A DNA stretch of 64,000 bases from Tubulanus polymorphus (GCF_964204645.1 NC_134028.1:15321653-15385652), one strand, 5' to 3'. Shown: positions 12,236-25,046, counted from the first letter of the stretch. A program made the numbers and translations. The notes: generated from the sequence alone by a model not told the origin.

Positions 12236-15200
12236 TCATCTAAATTGCAACCATACGAAACTGTATGAATTCCATCATCTTAAATATATCTTTTATCATC
12301 AAATGGGTTTAGACAATAAACATTTCATGATCTTCAGATCTTAAACATCTCATCTTATGTTTTCTAACTTCTTCATTGAATATACAATTGATGTAATCTT
12401 TGAAATGAATATTCTTTTCTACTACACTTTTGGTTATTCCTTTTAACTTTTTAGCTTCATGTTCTTTAGTTTTATATGAATACATTTTAGATCTAATACC
12501 GATGAATTCAATCATTCCTTCACCACCTAATTTATCTTTGAATTTACCAGGAACTTTTTTATTATCATTGCTAAACAATTCATGATCTTTAGGATAGTTA
12601 CTAAAATCAAAATGATGTTTTAATGTTTTTAAATCATCTGTTATGTTATCAGTTTTTATCTTTAATATGTAACTGTCAGTATCAAAATATAATATTTCTA
12701 TATGTTTTTCCCCAAAAAGTGGTTGTAATACATTATAATAGAATTCATACATTAGTAATTTTGATAATTCTAAAACTGAAGCGCCAACATTGATTGGTTT
12801 ATTAAATTTCATTGATGTTCTTCTCATCTTAACTGCGGCTAAATTTTCATCAAATATTCTCTTACCTAAAAACTTAGGATATGATTGTAAATGCCTTATC
12901 CTTTTACCATTACTAACTAACTCAATATCATTTCTATTTCTAATATTTTCACAAGTCTTGCCATAGAATGCATTATTCATTAACTTGAAGGAATCTTTTT
13001 CGAAATCAGTTTTAGCTTCAGTTCTCTGTTTGGTGTTAAAATCTATATATTTTTCTAACCACTTAGATTGACTAAATGAAATATATCTATGTACTTTTTT
13101 TATAATCATTCGTTGATTCAAATAAAACTTTAACATTCTATAATGTACTACATAATTATATTTATCTTCTTGAGTTACCATTAACTTTTCTGTATGAATA
13201 TGATTTTCGGGTTTAATTCTTTTTTGGTAATTTGATAATTTTTCATGAGTTACAGTTTTATGTTCGGGGCAGTATGGTAGATTTCTAGATTTAAATTTTT
13301 TATCTTCAGGATATTCTAAATCTACAACAAAGAAGTAACCAGTATCTGAATCATCTGCAATATCTAGAATTCTTTTCTTCCAATCAAATTTATCATTATT
13401 TTCATTCTGTAAAACTTCAGTTAATTCAAATACTCCATAAGGTTGCGGTTCCATCATTGCCCAACCATACAAATTATTTGCATCTATATATAATAACTTA
13501 TATCCAGGGTTATCATTTACATTGAAATATCTATCACCTAATACACCTGAAACTCCTCCTCTTATAGATTTTTCAAATAATAGTAATTGATCTATATTTG
13601 TTAACAAATCCATTTTTATATCTGTAAATTTTAATCCACAATCCCATGTTAATCCTGGTGATGAATAACAATGACATGGATCAATGTTAAAATATTTTAG
13701 GTTTACATCTCTAAACCTTTCGAATATATCGGTTAATGATAATACATCTGATTTTAAATATAAATCTACTAATTGCCCATGATTTTCTATTTTGAAATGA
13801 TTCCAAATATTCAATGTTCTATTATATACTTCATCTTTAACATATTCATTTTTAATTCATCATAGAATTGTTCTTTTAATAATTCAGTTATATTAAAATC
13901 ATTATGATTTTATAGAAAGAATATGGAATTGCTCCTTTATATCTCATTAATTGAAAATCATTATTATTTGGGTAGTGTTGCTTTAATATTTTTAATTCAT
14001 CATCAACTAATGATTTTGATAAGTTATCTAATGAACTATTTAAAAATCTATATGAATCTATAAATCTTAGGCAACCAAATTGGAATGATATATAATTCTC
14101 AGATGTTTTAGCTAACATTCTAAATTTATAAGTTGGTATTTCATCTTTTGATCTATTTGAATTTAATCTTTCTGTTTCATTATTAATTTCTTCTATTTTA
14201 TGACATAATTGTTTGATGAATAAATGTGCATCATATCCTGATAGATTATGAAATATAACTGGTACAAAATTGATTTTCTTAGCTTGTCAGTTACAATTCT
14301 CATGCGCAGCGCCTCTAAACTTTCCATTCAAATGATCATAGTCTCTTACTTTTTTATCTTTAAAATTAAATATCTTTTCACAATAATAACATTTATCTGC
14401 AAACGCAAATTCTTCTTTATCTTCTTCTGTCATTATAATTTCTATATTTGTATTCAATAATTTACTAAATCTTATTTCATATTCAATTAATAAGTCACAA
14501 AAATGATTGATAACATTTTCATTTCTATAATGATAATATTCACTTTTAATTAGTTCTGGATAATCAGATTTTATATATAATCCGAAAGCTGCAGCTGATT
14601 GATGAATCTTTTTAATAGTATTTGTTTTTGGTGGTTCATCTGAAAAATCATTTTCATTAGAATTTAATTTCTTTCTTTTATAATATATTTCTTTTCTATC
14701 TTGATCGGTTAATTCTTTATTTAATGATTTAAAATCTCCATATATTACAAATGGTACTTTATTTTTGTAATCATATTTTTTGAATTCTAATATTTTATCC
14801 TTTTCATTTGGTAAAACTAATCTACAATAATCATGATTTTCACATAATTGTTTATGATTTAATAATGTACTTTCATTACTGAATCTATGTAAACATTTTC
14901 TACAAAGATATATTTTATGGTGATCACTTTCTGTTCTAAAGAATAAATCTATTTGTTTAATCCACATATAATGATTCTCATAATATAGTATATCTATAAC
15001 ATCGTTTGAATCATAATCTTTTGATAGATATAAGGGTTCTAATGTATAATGTTTTATATTGTTACCTTTTGTATTTGGTAATTTGATTAAATCAAATACA
15101 TTTATCTTTATATTATTATCTCTTTCTATTTTTGGGATGTTTTTAATTCTAACAGGATACTTATCTATCTTATAATTATTTTCAAATGGTTTATAATGAG

Positions 15201-15831
15201 TTAATCTATAAGTATGTTTATTATAATCTTCAACTGGGTGTAAACAACTTATTATAGCCCATAGAAAATATTTATCATCTTCATTTTGTACATTTATTAC
15301 AGCATTAGTTTTAAATGGTAGTTTGATATAACTCGATGCTTCAATATCTGGTTCTTTATAATATGATACATTATTTTCATCAATTGGTTTTGATTTAGTT
15401 AACTTATTATATTTTGTGTTATAAACATGTAAAGTCATAAATATTATTTCATCAAATATTAAACCAGATCCTTCAAAATATTTCTCTTCTATTTTAGTTT
15501 TTACTTCATTATAACATTTATCTAATTTATCATCTATATGTTGTTTTGAAATAATATGTTGTGAATGAGAATTTATGTTATATATTGGTTTATCTTCAGA
15601 TTTTATAAACTTTACTTTAGAAGATATACTTATTTTAGGATATTCAACATCTGTAATTATTTTTATTATTTCTTTCATATTTTCTAAATGTTTTTTATTT
15701 TCTTCTAATGTTTTTCCTTTATGAAATTTAAACTCGATAGCTGCTGGACCAATATCACTTTTAAATGCTTCGGTTATCTCTATATCTTTTTTATTATCTA
15801 ATGAATTAATATATTTTCTTACATCTTCCAT
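12236..15831 (-). pseudogene. Protein-primed family B DNA polymerase (pPolB) with N-terminal OTU-like region and EndoVII-like Zn insert
   Basis: YGDFxS, FHNLSGYD, YIDANNLYG, KLMNNAFYGK, YFDTDS, GKFKD; CYYC...HLNGKFRGAAHENCN; several stops and frameshifts. Confidence 0.95.
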
Positions 15832-16188
15832 TTATGGTCTTTTATTGTTTAATTTATTTTTTATGCTTTTAATTGTCTTCTGTTTCTTATCATTATCTTC
15901 ATCAAAATAATCTTTACCTAAAATATCATTATTCTTATTTCTAATATGACTTTTAGATTTTAAATGTTCTTTATAATATCTTTTATCACTGAATGATTGA
16001 TTACATGTATCACATTTGTATGTTTCTTTTTCATTCTTTAATTCATCTAATTTAGTTTCTAATATATCATCTTTATATTCTAGTTTCAATTTATTCTCTA
16101 AATGTGTTTTAGTTTTATTGTGTCTTGCTTTTTGGGATTTATCTACATTGATATTACATGTTGGGCAGTAGTACTTATTTGCTTCCAT
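15832..16188 (-). CDS. Two-zinc-finger ORF abutting pPolB (in-frame with pPolB in copy B)
   Basis: CPTC...HNKTKTH and CDTC...HLKSKSH; TAA-ATG junction here, TAC-ATG in copy B. Confidence 0.8.
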   Translation of the reverse strand: MEANKYYCPTCNINVDKSQKARHNKTKTHLENKLKLEYKDDILETKLDELKNEKETYKCDTCNQSFSDKRYYKEHLKSKSHIRNKNNDILGKDYFDEDNDKKQKTIKSIKNKLNNKRP

Positions 16189-16420
16189 TTTAATACTAAA
16201 TTTTTTATTAAAATTGATTTTAGAAGTTCAATGATTTAAATATGAATTATTTCAATCACACTTTACTAACACTTTTAATGTTTAAAAATCTAACTCAAAC
16301 AAATATGAATATTGAAATAATGTTTAAAATATATCTATATATCTATTCTATAAGAGCTTACACTTTTAAATTGAATAATCTGTCAATTTAAATGTTATTC
16401 ATGTACATGATTATTTTAAG

Positions 16421-16686
16421 AGTAATAGGGGTAATGGGCTTTCAGGTTAAAGGTTGAACGGGCGGGTGAGTAAAAATAAAAAACATGAAAATAATTACAA
16501 TTTCTACTTGAATTAGGAGTGAAACTCATAAAAATGAAAAATAAATTCGAGCGTGTGAGAATTTATTTTTCATTTTTATGAGTTTCGCGAGTAATTCAAG
16601 TAGAAATTGTAATTATTTTCATGTTTTTCATTTTTACGAGCTCGACCGTTCGACCTTTGGCCTGAAAGCCCATTACCCCTATTACT
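16421..16686 (+). repeat. 266-bp imperfect terminal palindrome of Polinton A
   Basis: AGTAATAGGGGTAATGGGCTTTCAGG (16421) pairs with CCTGAAAGCCCATTACCCCTATTACT (16686); apex ~16553. Confidence 0.95.
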
Positions 16687-16794
16687 CACAAGAAGATAGG
16701 CTACCATCGTTTTCATTTTCGAATCGGCAACCAATTTTTAGATCTTCAACTAACTTACTATCAACATGTCAGACCATGTCAGAACGCATCAGCC

Positions 16795-17095
16795 CCCTCA
16801 TATCAAGACCCTGTACAAGTCAGATGTCAGCTCAAGCTAGTAATTCAACTATGACACTTTTATCGTCTACTCGCCAGACCACAGAGCCGCATGTTTTCTC
16901 AAATTTTGTGATGAGTGAACCAACTGGTGAAACCTACTCCCTCGTATCAAGACCCTGTACAAGTCAGATGTCAGCTCAAGCTAGTAATTCAACTATGACA
17001 CTTTTACCGTCTACTCCCCAGACCACAGATCCGCATGTATTCTCAAATTTTGTGATGATTGAACCGACTGGTGAAACCAACTCCCTCGTATCGAG
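16795..17095 (+). repeat. Internal tandem duplication (~140 bp) in Ser/Thr-rich exon
   Basis: SRPCTSQMSAQASNSTMTLL...HVFSNFVM.EPTGET repeated twice. Confidence 0.8.
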
Positions 17096-18075
17096 ACAGA
17101 TGATGACTCAAGCGGTGGAGACACCTACATCTTGTCACACCCAACCCTTTGACGCCTCAACTCCAGTGACTGCTATCATGGATGAAACTATCCTCGAAAC
17201 ATCTAATTCGATATGGTATGTCACAAATTTTCGCGATTTCAAGTGCGCTCGATTTCAGTTGAGCTTTCTTACCTATTTTATATGAATGAGATAATATACT
17301 ATTAATCATTTTCCAGTGAGAGTGGTTCTTCAATAGTAATAAACGATGACCAAATCAAAGAAATTACGTTGAAAGATGTATTGAATTCTCTTTCGCCCAA
17401 TGAATATATCGATGGTGTCAACTTGATAAATGTTGGTTACAGAGAGGAAGTGCTCTGAATCGGGTTTAGGGCTGCATTGAGAAAGAACTGGAGTCCTAGA
17501 AAGAGACTTGGTGTATTATTTGTAGGAGAAGACGCTATTGACGGCGGGGGGCCGACCAGAGAATTTCTGACTATTTTCATGAGGCAGCTTAGTAGCTCTA
17601 GTCTTTTTACTGGCAGTGAAAATAGAAAATTCCTCAGTCTAAACACAGCGGGTAATTAATTGTGTGGACACCTTATGACATGGAAATTTCCATAATATAT
17701 CAATTGTAAGGCTTATATCGTTCATTAGCTTACCACAATCTGAAAACCGGGATCATTTTATTCATTCAAGCTCTACAAAGTCGACATTACCTCGCTGCTG
17801 GAAGGGTTATACCTTACAGCATCACTCACAGAGGACCTCTTCCTACATTTATGGATGGATTCCTATATAACATGATATTGGATAATGTTGAAACTGATGT
17901 TCCGTTTGATGCTGCAGGCGAAGAGAAACATATTTTGACAGAGATAAGTACACGAAAGAAAAAGATACATGTAGATGAATAGCATTAAGTATTGGTTTTC
18001 TGCTTCATGTTAGCTTTTTTCACTGAATAATGGCTGACACAGTTTTATCCTTTATTTTGAAAATATTGTTTACAA

Positions 18076-18252
18076 CAGGTGCGGATCAAAGCCCCCCCCC
18101 CTCCACCCGCATATCCTTCATATCATTTCTTTCAGTTTTTGAATACTCAAAGAACAAGCTTACATTTTGAATAAATGAGATGATGAAGCAGTGCCTCAAA
18201 ACACAAAATACATGAAAAAGACACATTTTTGAAAATCCTGGCTCCGCCCCTG
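18076..18252. mobile_element. Small MITE-like insert in intron
   Basis: CAGGTGCGGATC at left and GCTCCGCCCCTG at right form imperfect TIRs; no clear TSD. Confidence 0.4.
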
Positions 18253-19137
18253 TACTGCATGTTTATCTTTATATCGTTTTTATACATTTCAGAATGTACA
18301 ACTACAGATGATGGGTTAGTGACAAAGTATGAAAACGTTATATCGATTGCTGGGTGCATAAATTATGCACATTTCTCAAAAAAGGACAAACTCATCAAAA
18401 CATTATCTGTATTTCTGGCAGTTTATCGTTTAGGCGAAGCATTAAGACAGTAAGTGTCCAATGGCTGTATCTTTGATTCAATGAATGTCTTGTGGGTTTT
18501 ATGGGCACTCGTCCTTGCTTAAGTAATATCTCATTGTATTTGAAGCGCTACATAAAAGGTTATCTATCGAAATATCGAATGGCTAATTCAGACCAGCCAA
18601 CATTGAATTTTTCAAGATAGTAACATTTTTCAAATTTGCCAGTATTTTTTAGATTTTGCCAGTGACCCACTAGACTTGATGTGACCTTTGCCAGTAACAT
18701 TTTCAATATGGCCAGAAACGAATTTTCGGATTAAAATCAGAATATAGAATATTAAAACTACTAAAGAAATTAATTTAAAAAAATGCATTTATTATGAAAT
18801 TAAACTTGAAACTGCAGTTTCCATAAAATATAAACAATTTTGAGACATCAGACACACCCCATCACCTACTCGCACTATCACAGGTAAACTTAATCTACCA
18901 TCAATTAAAGATTATAATTACCAGTTAACTCAACTAGAAAACAAAATAACAAACTTAAACATATAAACATATATGATATGCTAGAATTTTTTATCAAATT
19001 TTACAGCAGAAAACCCACAGGACTTAACATACAAATTTTAATATTGCAAGTTTGATTGTAATACACATAAGACAATGTAATGCACACAAGAGATTTGCAC
19101 CAGACTATCAGCAGTCATGAAGAAGAAAATATACCAG

Positions 19138-19139
<2 letters not shown>

Positions 19140-19212
<73 letters not shown>
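19140..19212. repeat. (TA)n microsatellite
   Basis: About 35 TA units. Confidence 0.97.
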
Positions 19213-19213
<1 letters not shown>

Positions 19214-19351
19214 TTGACAATCACTTGCTGCAAGTGCAAATTCTCTCTCAATATACATATATACAAAAATTCATAAAGACTAGTCTTTATGCATTTTTGT
19301 ATATATGTATATTGAGAGAGAATTTGCACTTGTAGCAAGTGATTGTCAAGT
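19212..19351. repeat. 140-bp spacer-less palindrome centred on ACTAGT
   Basis: ACTTGACAATCACTTGC ... GCAAGTGATTGTCAAGT; two mismatches. Confidence 0.95.
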
Positions 19352-19441
19352 CACGATATTAACTATGAATAAGATATACAGTTTTATACAGTTTTACACT
19401 GAGGCTACCTCAGAATAAAATATCTACTTGGTGAGGAAATT

Positions 19442-22235
19442 TCACTCATCTGCTGGGTTAAGACTTTTATAGGCAGCTGATTTGGCCTTTTTGAGGAGGT
19501 CATTTGAAGGCTCAAAGTTGTAGCATTCACCGCCCCTAGCTTTAAGAATCATTAAACTCTCCAAAGTTGCTGGCAACATAGAGCCACGAAACATGGTTCG
19601 ATTTGTCTTCACTGTTGAGAAGACACGCTCACATGACGCATTTGAAACAGGGATCAAGAGTATTCTCTTCATCACAACAGGAAGCTGTTTGAACCTGAAA
19701 AATATGAAACACCCAGTTTAAGAAAATAATGAAACTCCATATTAGTGCTTCAAGACAACACTGCTAGGAAATCTAAGTTGTACTAACCTGCAGCTCTGGT
19801 TAAGATCTTTCATTTCCTTAGCAATCATATTCCACTGCTGTTCCATAGGACGACATCTTTCACTTCCATCAGCATTCTTAATAAAGTACAAGTCTGTGGG
19901 TAGGTCAGAATCACGTGTAGACTGAAACTCTACAAACTCCATTTGCAGTATATCAGTCTGGAGATCTTGTCCAATGCAAGGAAATCTATCGATGAAGTAC
20001 CGAATGGAGGCAAATGACTTTTGAGCTCGAAGTGATACATATAGCAACCTGGAAAAATCAACAAGTCTGCACATGTAAAAATCTATGATGTTTCATAGGA
20101 GAATCTGTTACTAAACTGTCACAATTTGAAGATTAGGCCTACCTCAGCATGCATCCAAATTGGCTCATTTGTAGGGTTGATTTTTGCTTTGATGTAATCA
20201 CAGGCCTTCGTATAAAACTCAACCACATCTTGGTAAAACTTCTTTAACACATCAGAACTTATACCATCAGTAATGCAAGCTTGAGCTTTCTCTCCGATTA
20301 CTAGGTCTTTCTTGTCCTGGAAAAACAAAGTTTAATGCATAAATTAGAGAAATGCAAAAAATAGTTAACAAATAGTTAAACCATCTTCTAGGTCAGTAAA
20401 AAAAATATGTCATGTAGATGACACTGACTCATCTTAATGTTATAACGGCTATGAAAATCGACGGACATGATTAAACTATGGTTGACAGCAGAAGGCTTGA
20501 CAAAGCAAATAAGTAGTTTCTTGAAGAGTCTCTCCAGTGTTCTCTTTATAATATGTATGGTGGCATTCTCAGTTTGCAGACTGATATTAGCGATCTCAAA
20601 ATCCTAAAATGAAAATTTATATTTTAATGAAAATTGCCTGAGACTATTCCAGACACAAATAGTACATGGGGAAGTGTGTATTGATTAACTCCAATGTTGA
20701 TTTAAACTAAAGCTTACAATATAAAAGTTCAATATTATGTCTTACTTGAGTAAGTTTTCTAGATTCATAAAAGATTTATCTTTGATTCAACTCACCTCTA
20801 AAGCTTTTGATAGGAAGCTGCAGTATAGTTTTGAAGTACGTCGCGACATGAACTTCTTGACACTAGATCTAATCGAGTCGCTAGTCATCACTGTATCATC
20901 CTCTTCATTAATGTCATCATTATCATCAGTTTCAGCTGCTGCTTCACATTCCTCGACGAAGAATAACTTCACAGCTGCCCACTGCTCAAGCAGTCTATTT
21001 ATTACAGGCCGCAATGACAGCCATCTCGTTGGAACGTGACGTATAAGCTCATGGTCTGCCAAATTGCACCTCTGTTGACAGTACTTTAACTTGGCAGCAC
21101 GTTTACTAGATTTTGACATGTATCAGTTTAATTGTCTAAGGACAATGTCAAAATTAAACTCGGCTTGAAAGGCTTTTGTTCCTTTCTTGGATGCCAAGTG
21201 CAGAAGGTGGCAGACACAACCTGCCAGGAAAACGTCTTTATGCTGGTCTCTGACATATTTTATCACACCCCTATACTTTCCGACCATGGTGTAAGTGTTA
21301 TCACAGACTAATGCGGTGCACTTTTTCCAATCGATATTGTGTTTTGATAATTCACGCTGGAGAATTCCAAATATACTCTCTCCTGTATGAGAATCATTAA
21401 AAACAGGGTTAGCTAAGAGATCTGATTGAATTTCTCCCTGAGAGTCGAGATACCGCACGACAATGGGATAAAATTTCTCATTATTGAGGGTCGATCCATC
21501 TGTAGCAATGACAAAAGGTCCATTAAGATTTTTCACGATGTCAGATTTAACTTCGCTAGCCATAACTTTCATTATCGCGGTTGCCTTTGTTCTCCCACAT
21601 TTAAAATCATCAACCACAGATTTTGATGAGAACATTTTTTTGAACAGTTTAGCAGCATGATCAGCAGTGCTGAATGATAGATTATGCTCAACCAGGAAGT
21701 GAACAAACAGAACTTCAGATTTTATAACAGATAGGCCAGGGTTTGTTGTGTTATCAGTTCTAAAAAAATGTGAAATTTCAGAGAGTTTCGCTTTATCCTT
21801 ATGTCCTTTTCTTTCACAATGACGTGAAATATCATTTAATCCGCCATGTGAGATCACTATATCGATTTGACATATCGTACATCTTGCATGATATTTACTT
21901 AATTTCGATGCTATGAAACATGGATATTGTGCGCTGTACGATCTTTTATACTTCTGTTTCCAATATTTCTTAATCATACGTATTCTACTGCCTGTTACCG
22001 CAGTATCAGTTTCAGATTCCGACTCCGAAGAAGACGGAGAACCCTCCGAATTTTCCAGATTTATTAAATCGCGTGAACTTCGTCCGCCGTTTGCAACATT
22101 CATGACAATTTGAGCGATGAAAATTACTCGTTGTAACCGAAAATTCGCTAGACTGGTTCCCGGTATTACTCGTTGTAACCGAAAATTCGCTAGACTGGTT
22201 CCCGGCTGTATGGAAACTTCGTGACAATTACTCAA
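19442..22235 (-). pseudogene. hAT transposase (BED finger, DDE, hATC dimerisation domain), spliced
   Basis: ARCTIC...SHGGLNDISRH, IATDGS, VCDNT, CVCHLLHL, VPTRWLS, LIPVSNASCERVFS; in-frame TGA at 21123. Confidence 0.92.
22123..22205. repeat. 42-bp tandem duplication in hAT 5' region
   Basis: ATTACTCGTTGTAACCGAAAATTCGCTAGACTGGTTCCCGG x2. Confidence 0.9.
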
Positions 22236-23091
22236 ATAAAAACCAAATTTCCCCGTAATAAATGTTAATAAACCATTAAAATACCGATTATGTACTGCAA
22301 AATTACCTTTATTGACATAATATAAGGAGATTTTTATTGAGGCCGTATTTATTTGCTCATTCGCGTAACATCGGAACGATATCGGAAAAAAGCGTATTCC
22401 ATTGCCTGTGCCAGTAACGCCGTATTACCGCGGGTAGCACCGGAACGGAATACGGCAAAAACGTAACGGTTAGCAGGTGTGCTAATTCAAATCAAACATT
22501 TCTAATGTCATTGCAGGTTTAAGAGTGGATTGGAAGAAAATGGACTCCTGTTTTATGTAGGTGCATATCCACATCTATTGAGAGATGTTTTCTGTGCCGG
22601 TGCAAACAGATTTTTTTACGGCAGAGGATGTTTTATCGGCATTTAGTTTTGATAATATTCTGTGGAACGAAATTGGTACAAACCGTCGACTTCTAAAAAA
22701 CAAATCGTATGGATGGTTTCGGGAATACCGGACAGACATCGAAGGTATATCGTACTAAAACACCCAAATTTATAAATGAAAATGAGGAAATGTTGTATTC
22801 TTGTTATATTCTTTTCTGTTAGGAGATCAAATGATTGACTTTCTCCGGTTTGTCACCGGTTTGGAACAAGTTCCCATTCTCGGATTTGATCCACCTCTTC
22901 AACTCCAATTTCGTCACCCTGATGATATCAGTGATGCGATGAAGAACTTTCCAACGGCGAATGCGTGTTGCAACGTACTATCTATTCCTGTACATAAACA
23001 TATGAACAATTCAAAAGTTACATGGACTTTGCAGTTATAGGAGCTATCCATACTTTCACAGATGCGTAGTTAAATCGGATTACATGTATTG

Positions 23092-23764
23092 TTTTTAGCT
23101 CACTTGGGAGCTATTCAGCTATTCAGCTATTGCGTTCACTTTTCGTTCGTCCGAAGAATTTACAAGCAATCAAATTTAATAATAATGCACTGAACAATCA
23201 AGGCACTGCTCTTCAATCTGCATGATACAAGTTCATACTAGTGATAATTTGCATTTCATTTAAAAGAATAAACCTAAACAAGGATTTTGTAAAAATTTGC
23301 TGAATCAATATAATTTTTCTCAGTCATTCGGTCAGTCTATCTTCATTTGAAAAAGAAAATGGCGGTCTTTTTGGAAGGTTATACAAAATGGAGTATTAGA
23401 GCTATTTGTAGATATATTTCAACATCAATAAATAATTCCTGGATAGAATAATTCCTGGATAAATACATGGATAGAATATCATACAAACAGTAAATTTTTG
23501 ACAGGGGCCTGAAGGGAGTGAAAAAAGTTATAGTCAGCAATTGTAGTCTATCGGATTTCGCCATATGGACTCAAAAACCGTTATCTATTTCACTAAATTA
23601 TTGTACTAGTTGATCCATTCATATATTAAATCAGCAAATTTTTACGCAATCCTGGCCGTCATGTGACCTTTTTTGAGAAAGATATCAACATGTTTGAAAT
23701 TGTTGGATTGTTGAGCACTTCAAAGCACTTCCCAAGTGGGCATGGCGTCTCTGGACCCCTAGTT
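23092..23764 (+). mobile_element. Non-autonomous Helentron-associated (HINE/DINE-1-like) element
   Basis: Begins TTTTTAGCTCACTTGGGA; sub-terminal IR TCCCAAGTGGGC at 23730, small hairpin, then CTAGTT; internal IRs at ~23280 and ~23650. Confidence 0.6.
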
Positions 23765-23882
23765 ACTGTCTATGGCATGATATAACATCCATCTTGTACT
23801 TTAATTGACATACACTGTTTTAGTGTTCATCTTTCCTTTTGCATAGTTGTTCATGCATGTAGATGTTTTAGTTTATGATATA

Positions 23883-24370
23883 ATATCAGCTGTGATATTA
23901 TAGTTTTGAGTTCGAGTTAAGAATCGAACCCGCTTAATCCGTATTGTTAGGATTTGTCAATATCTGATGTGTGAATGCATGGTAAGACAGTTCTCTGTTA
24001 TGTAGACAGCAGAACATTAACCTGTCAATTCGTTTAGTTCATATCGGCTGTGATATTATAGTTTTGAGTTTGAGTTGTTAAGAATCGAACTCGCTTAATC
24101 CGTAGTTAGGATTTGTCAATATCTGATTTGTGAATGCATGGTAAGACAGTTCTCTGTATCTGTAGACAGCAGAACATTGACCTGTCAATTCGTTTAGTTC
24201 ATATCGGCTGTGATATTATAGTTTTGAGTTTGAGTTAAGAATCGAACCCGCTTAATCCGTATTGTTAGGATTTGTCAATATATATCTGATGCTTGAATGC
24301 ATGTAAGACACTGACATAATGTTCTCTGTATCTGTAGATAGCAGAACATTAATTTGTCAAGTAGTTTAGT
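23883..24370. repeat. Three ~160-bp tandem repeats
   Basis: Units start ATATCRGCTGTGATATTATAG at 23883, 24041 and 24201. Confidence 0.92.
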
Positions 24371-24713
24371 GTATATTATTGGGCAAATAAAGGATAACAT
24401 GATACACTTATAAGTCGTTGTACTCGTAAATCTTCTGATACGTCGTGTATTTCTTTCGTTGCTTTTACCTCATACTACAGAAGTGTCCTCGGATAATCAA
24501 CTATCCTGGTGGTAAGACAGATACACTGGGTGAACCCAATTCGATGTAAGATGTGTCCTATGACAGTACCAACAATTATTGAATATCGAGACCAAAGACG
24601 TGTTGATTTTTTTTCTCAAAAAACCATTCAAAACTACCCGATCCAAAAAATGGTTAAATCAAAGTGTAATGTTATATCATATAACAAACGATGTAGGAGA
24701 ATCCTAAAATGAG

Positions 24714-24761
24714 ATAGCTGTGTTGTGACCTTTTTGTTCCAAAAGGTCACAACACAGCCAT
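24714..24761. repeat. Short hairpin GCTGTGTTGTGACCTTTT-TGTTCC-AAAAGGTCACAACACAGC
   Basis: 18-bp perfect stem; probably the centre of a decayed MITE. Confidence 0.8.
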
Positions 24762-25046
24762 TTCTTTATAGAACAATGGGCTAATAAGTGGGTTAAAAAG
24801 TATTTCGAGGTTTATTCCGACTTGGCTAACTCGCAATGAATCTCAATGTTGTTAAATGACCACATAATGCTTCCACTAGTTTCATGAAGAATGAAAAATG
24901 ATTACGTGTATTAAAAATTATGGCATACTTTTATTTGTATTACAGCATACATTCTATTTGTTGGAAATAAGTAAAGACTACATGTACAATGCAAAAGAAA
25001 GCTTGTGTTTCCAATCTTGGCGATATGAAGGGTGTCGTTTTAAAAA

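Larger units (their letters stand above)
1..16686 (-). mobile_element. Maverick/Polinton (polintovirus) provirus, copy A; far end outside the window; many genes disrupted
   Basis: pPolB, rve integrase, A32-like ATPase, MCP and penton genes; terminus ...CCCCTATTACT at 16686 (reverse complement AGTAATAGGGG, Polinton-type AGT end); collinear with copy B from ~320 to ~16360. Confidence 0.93.
18589..22481 (-). mobile_element. hAT DNA transposon inserted in HECT-gene intron
   Basis: Imperfect TIRs CAGACCAGCCAAC / GTTAGCAGGTGTG; flanking duplication CTAATT (or GCTAATTC); transposase inside. Confidence 0.88.
16687..23070 (+). pseudogene. Spliced G2E3-like HECT-domain gene, 5' end cut by Polinton A
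   Basis: Exons encoding GEDAIDGGGPTREF, HYLAAGRVI...RGPLPTF, QFKSGLEENG, DFLRFVTGLEQVPILGF, FPTANACCNVLSIP; GT-AG introns; in-frame stop near 17457. Confidence 0.8.

Noticed and set aside
16578-17285. 235-aa ORF as a Polinton gene
   Set aside because: Chimeric read-through from the terminal hairpin into a HECT-gene exon
19108-19338. YIYIYI ORFs on both strands
   Set aside because: Translation of the (TA)n tract and palindrome
23960-24020. Hammerhead ribozyme in the 160-bp repeats (CTGATG...)
   Set aside because: CUGAUGA and GAAA core with flanking stems not present
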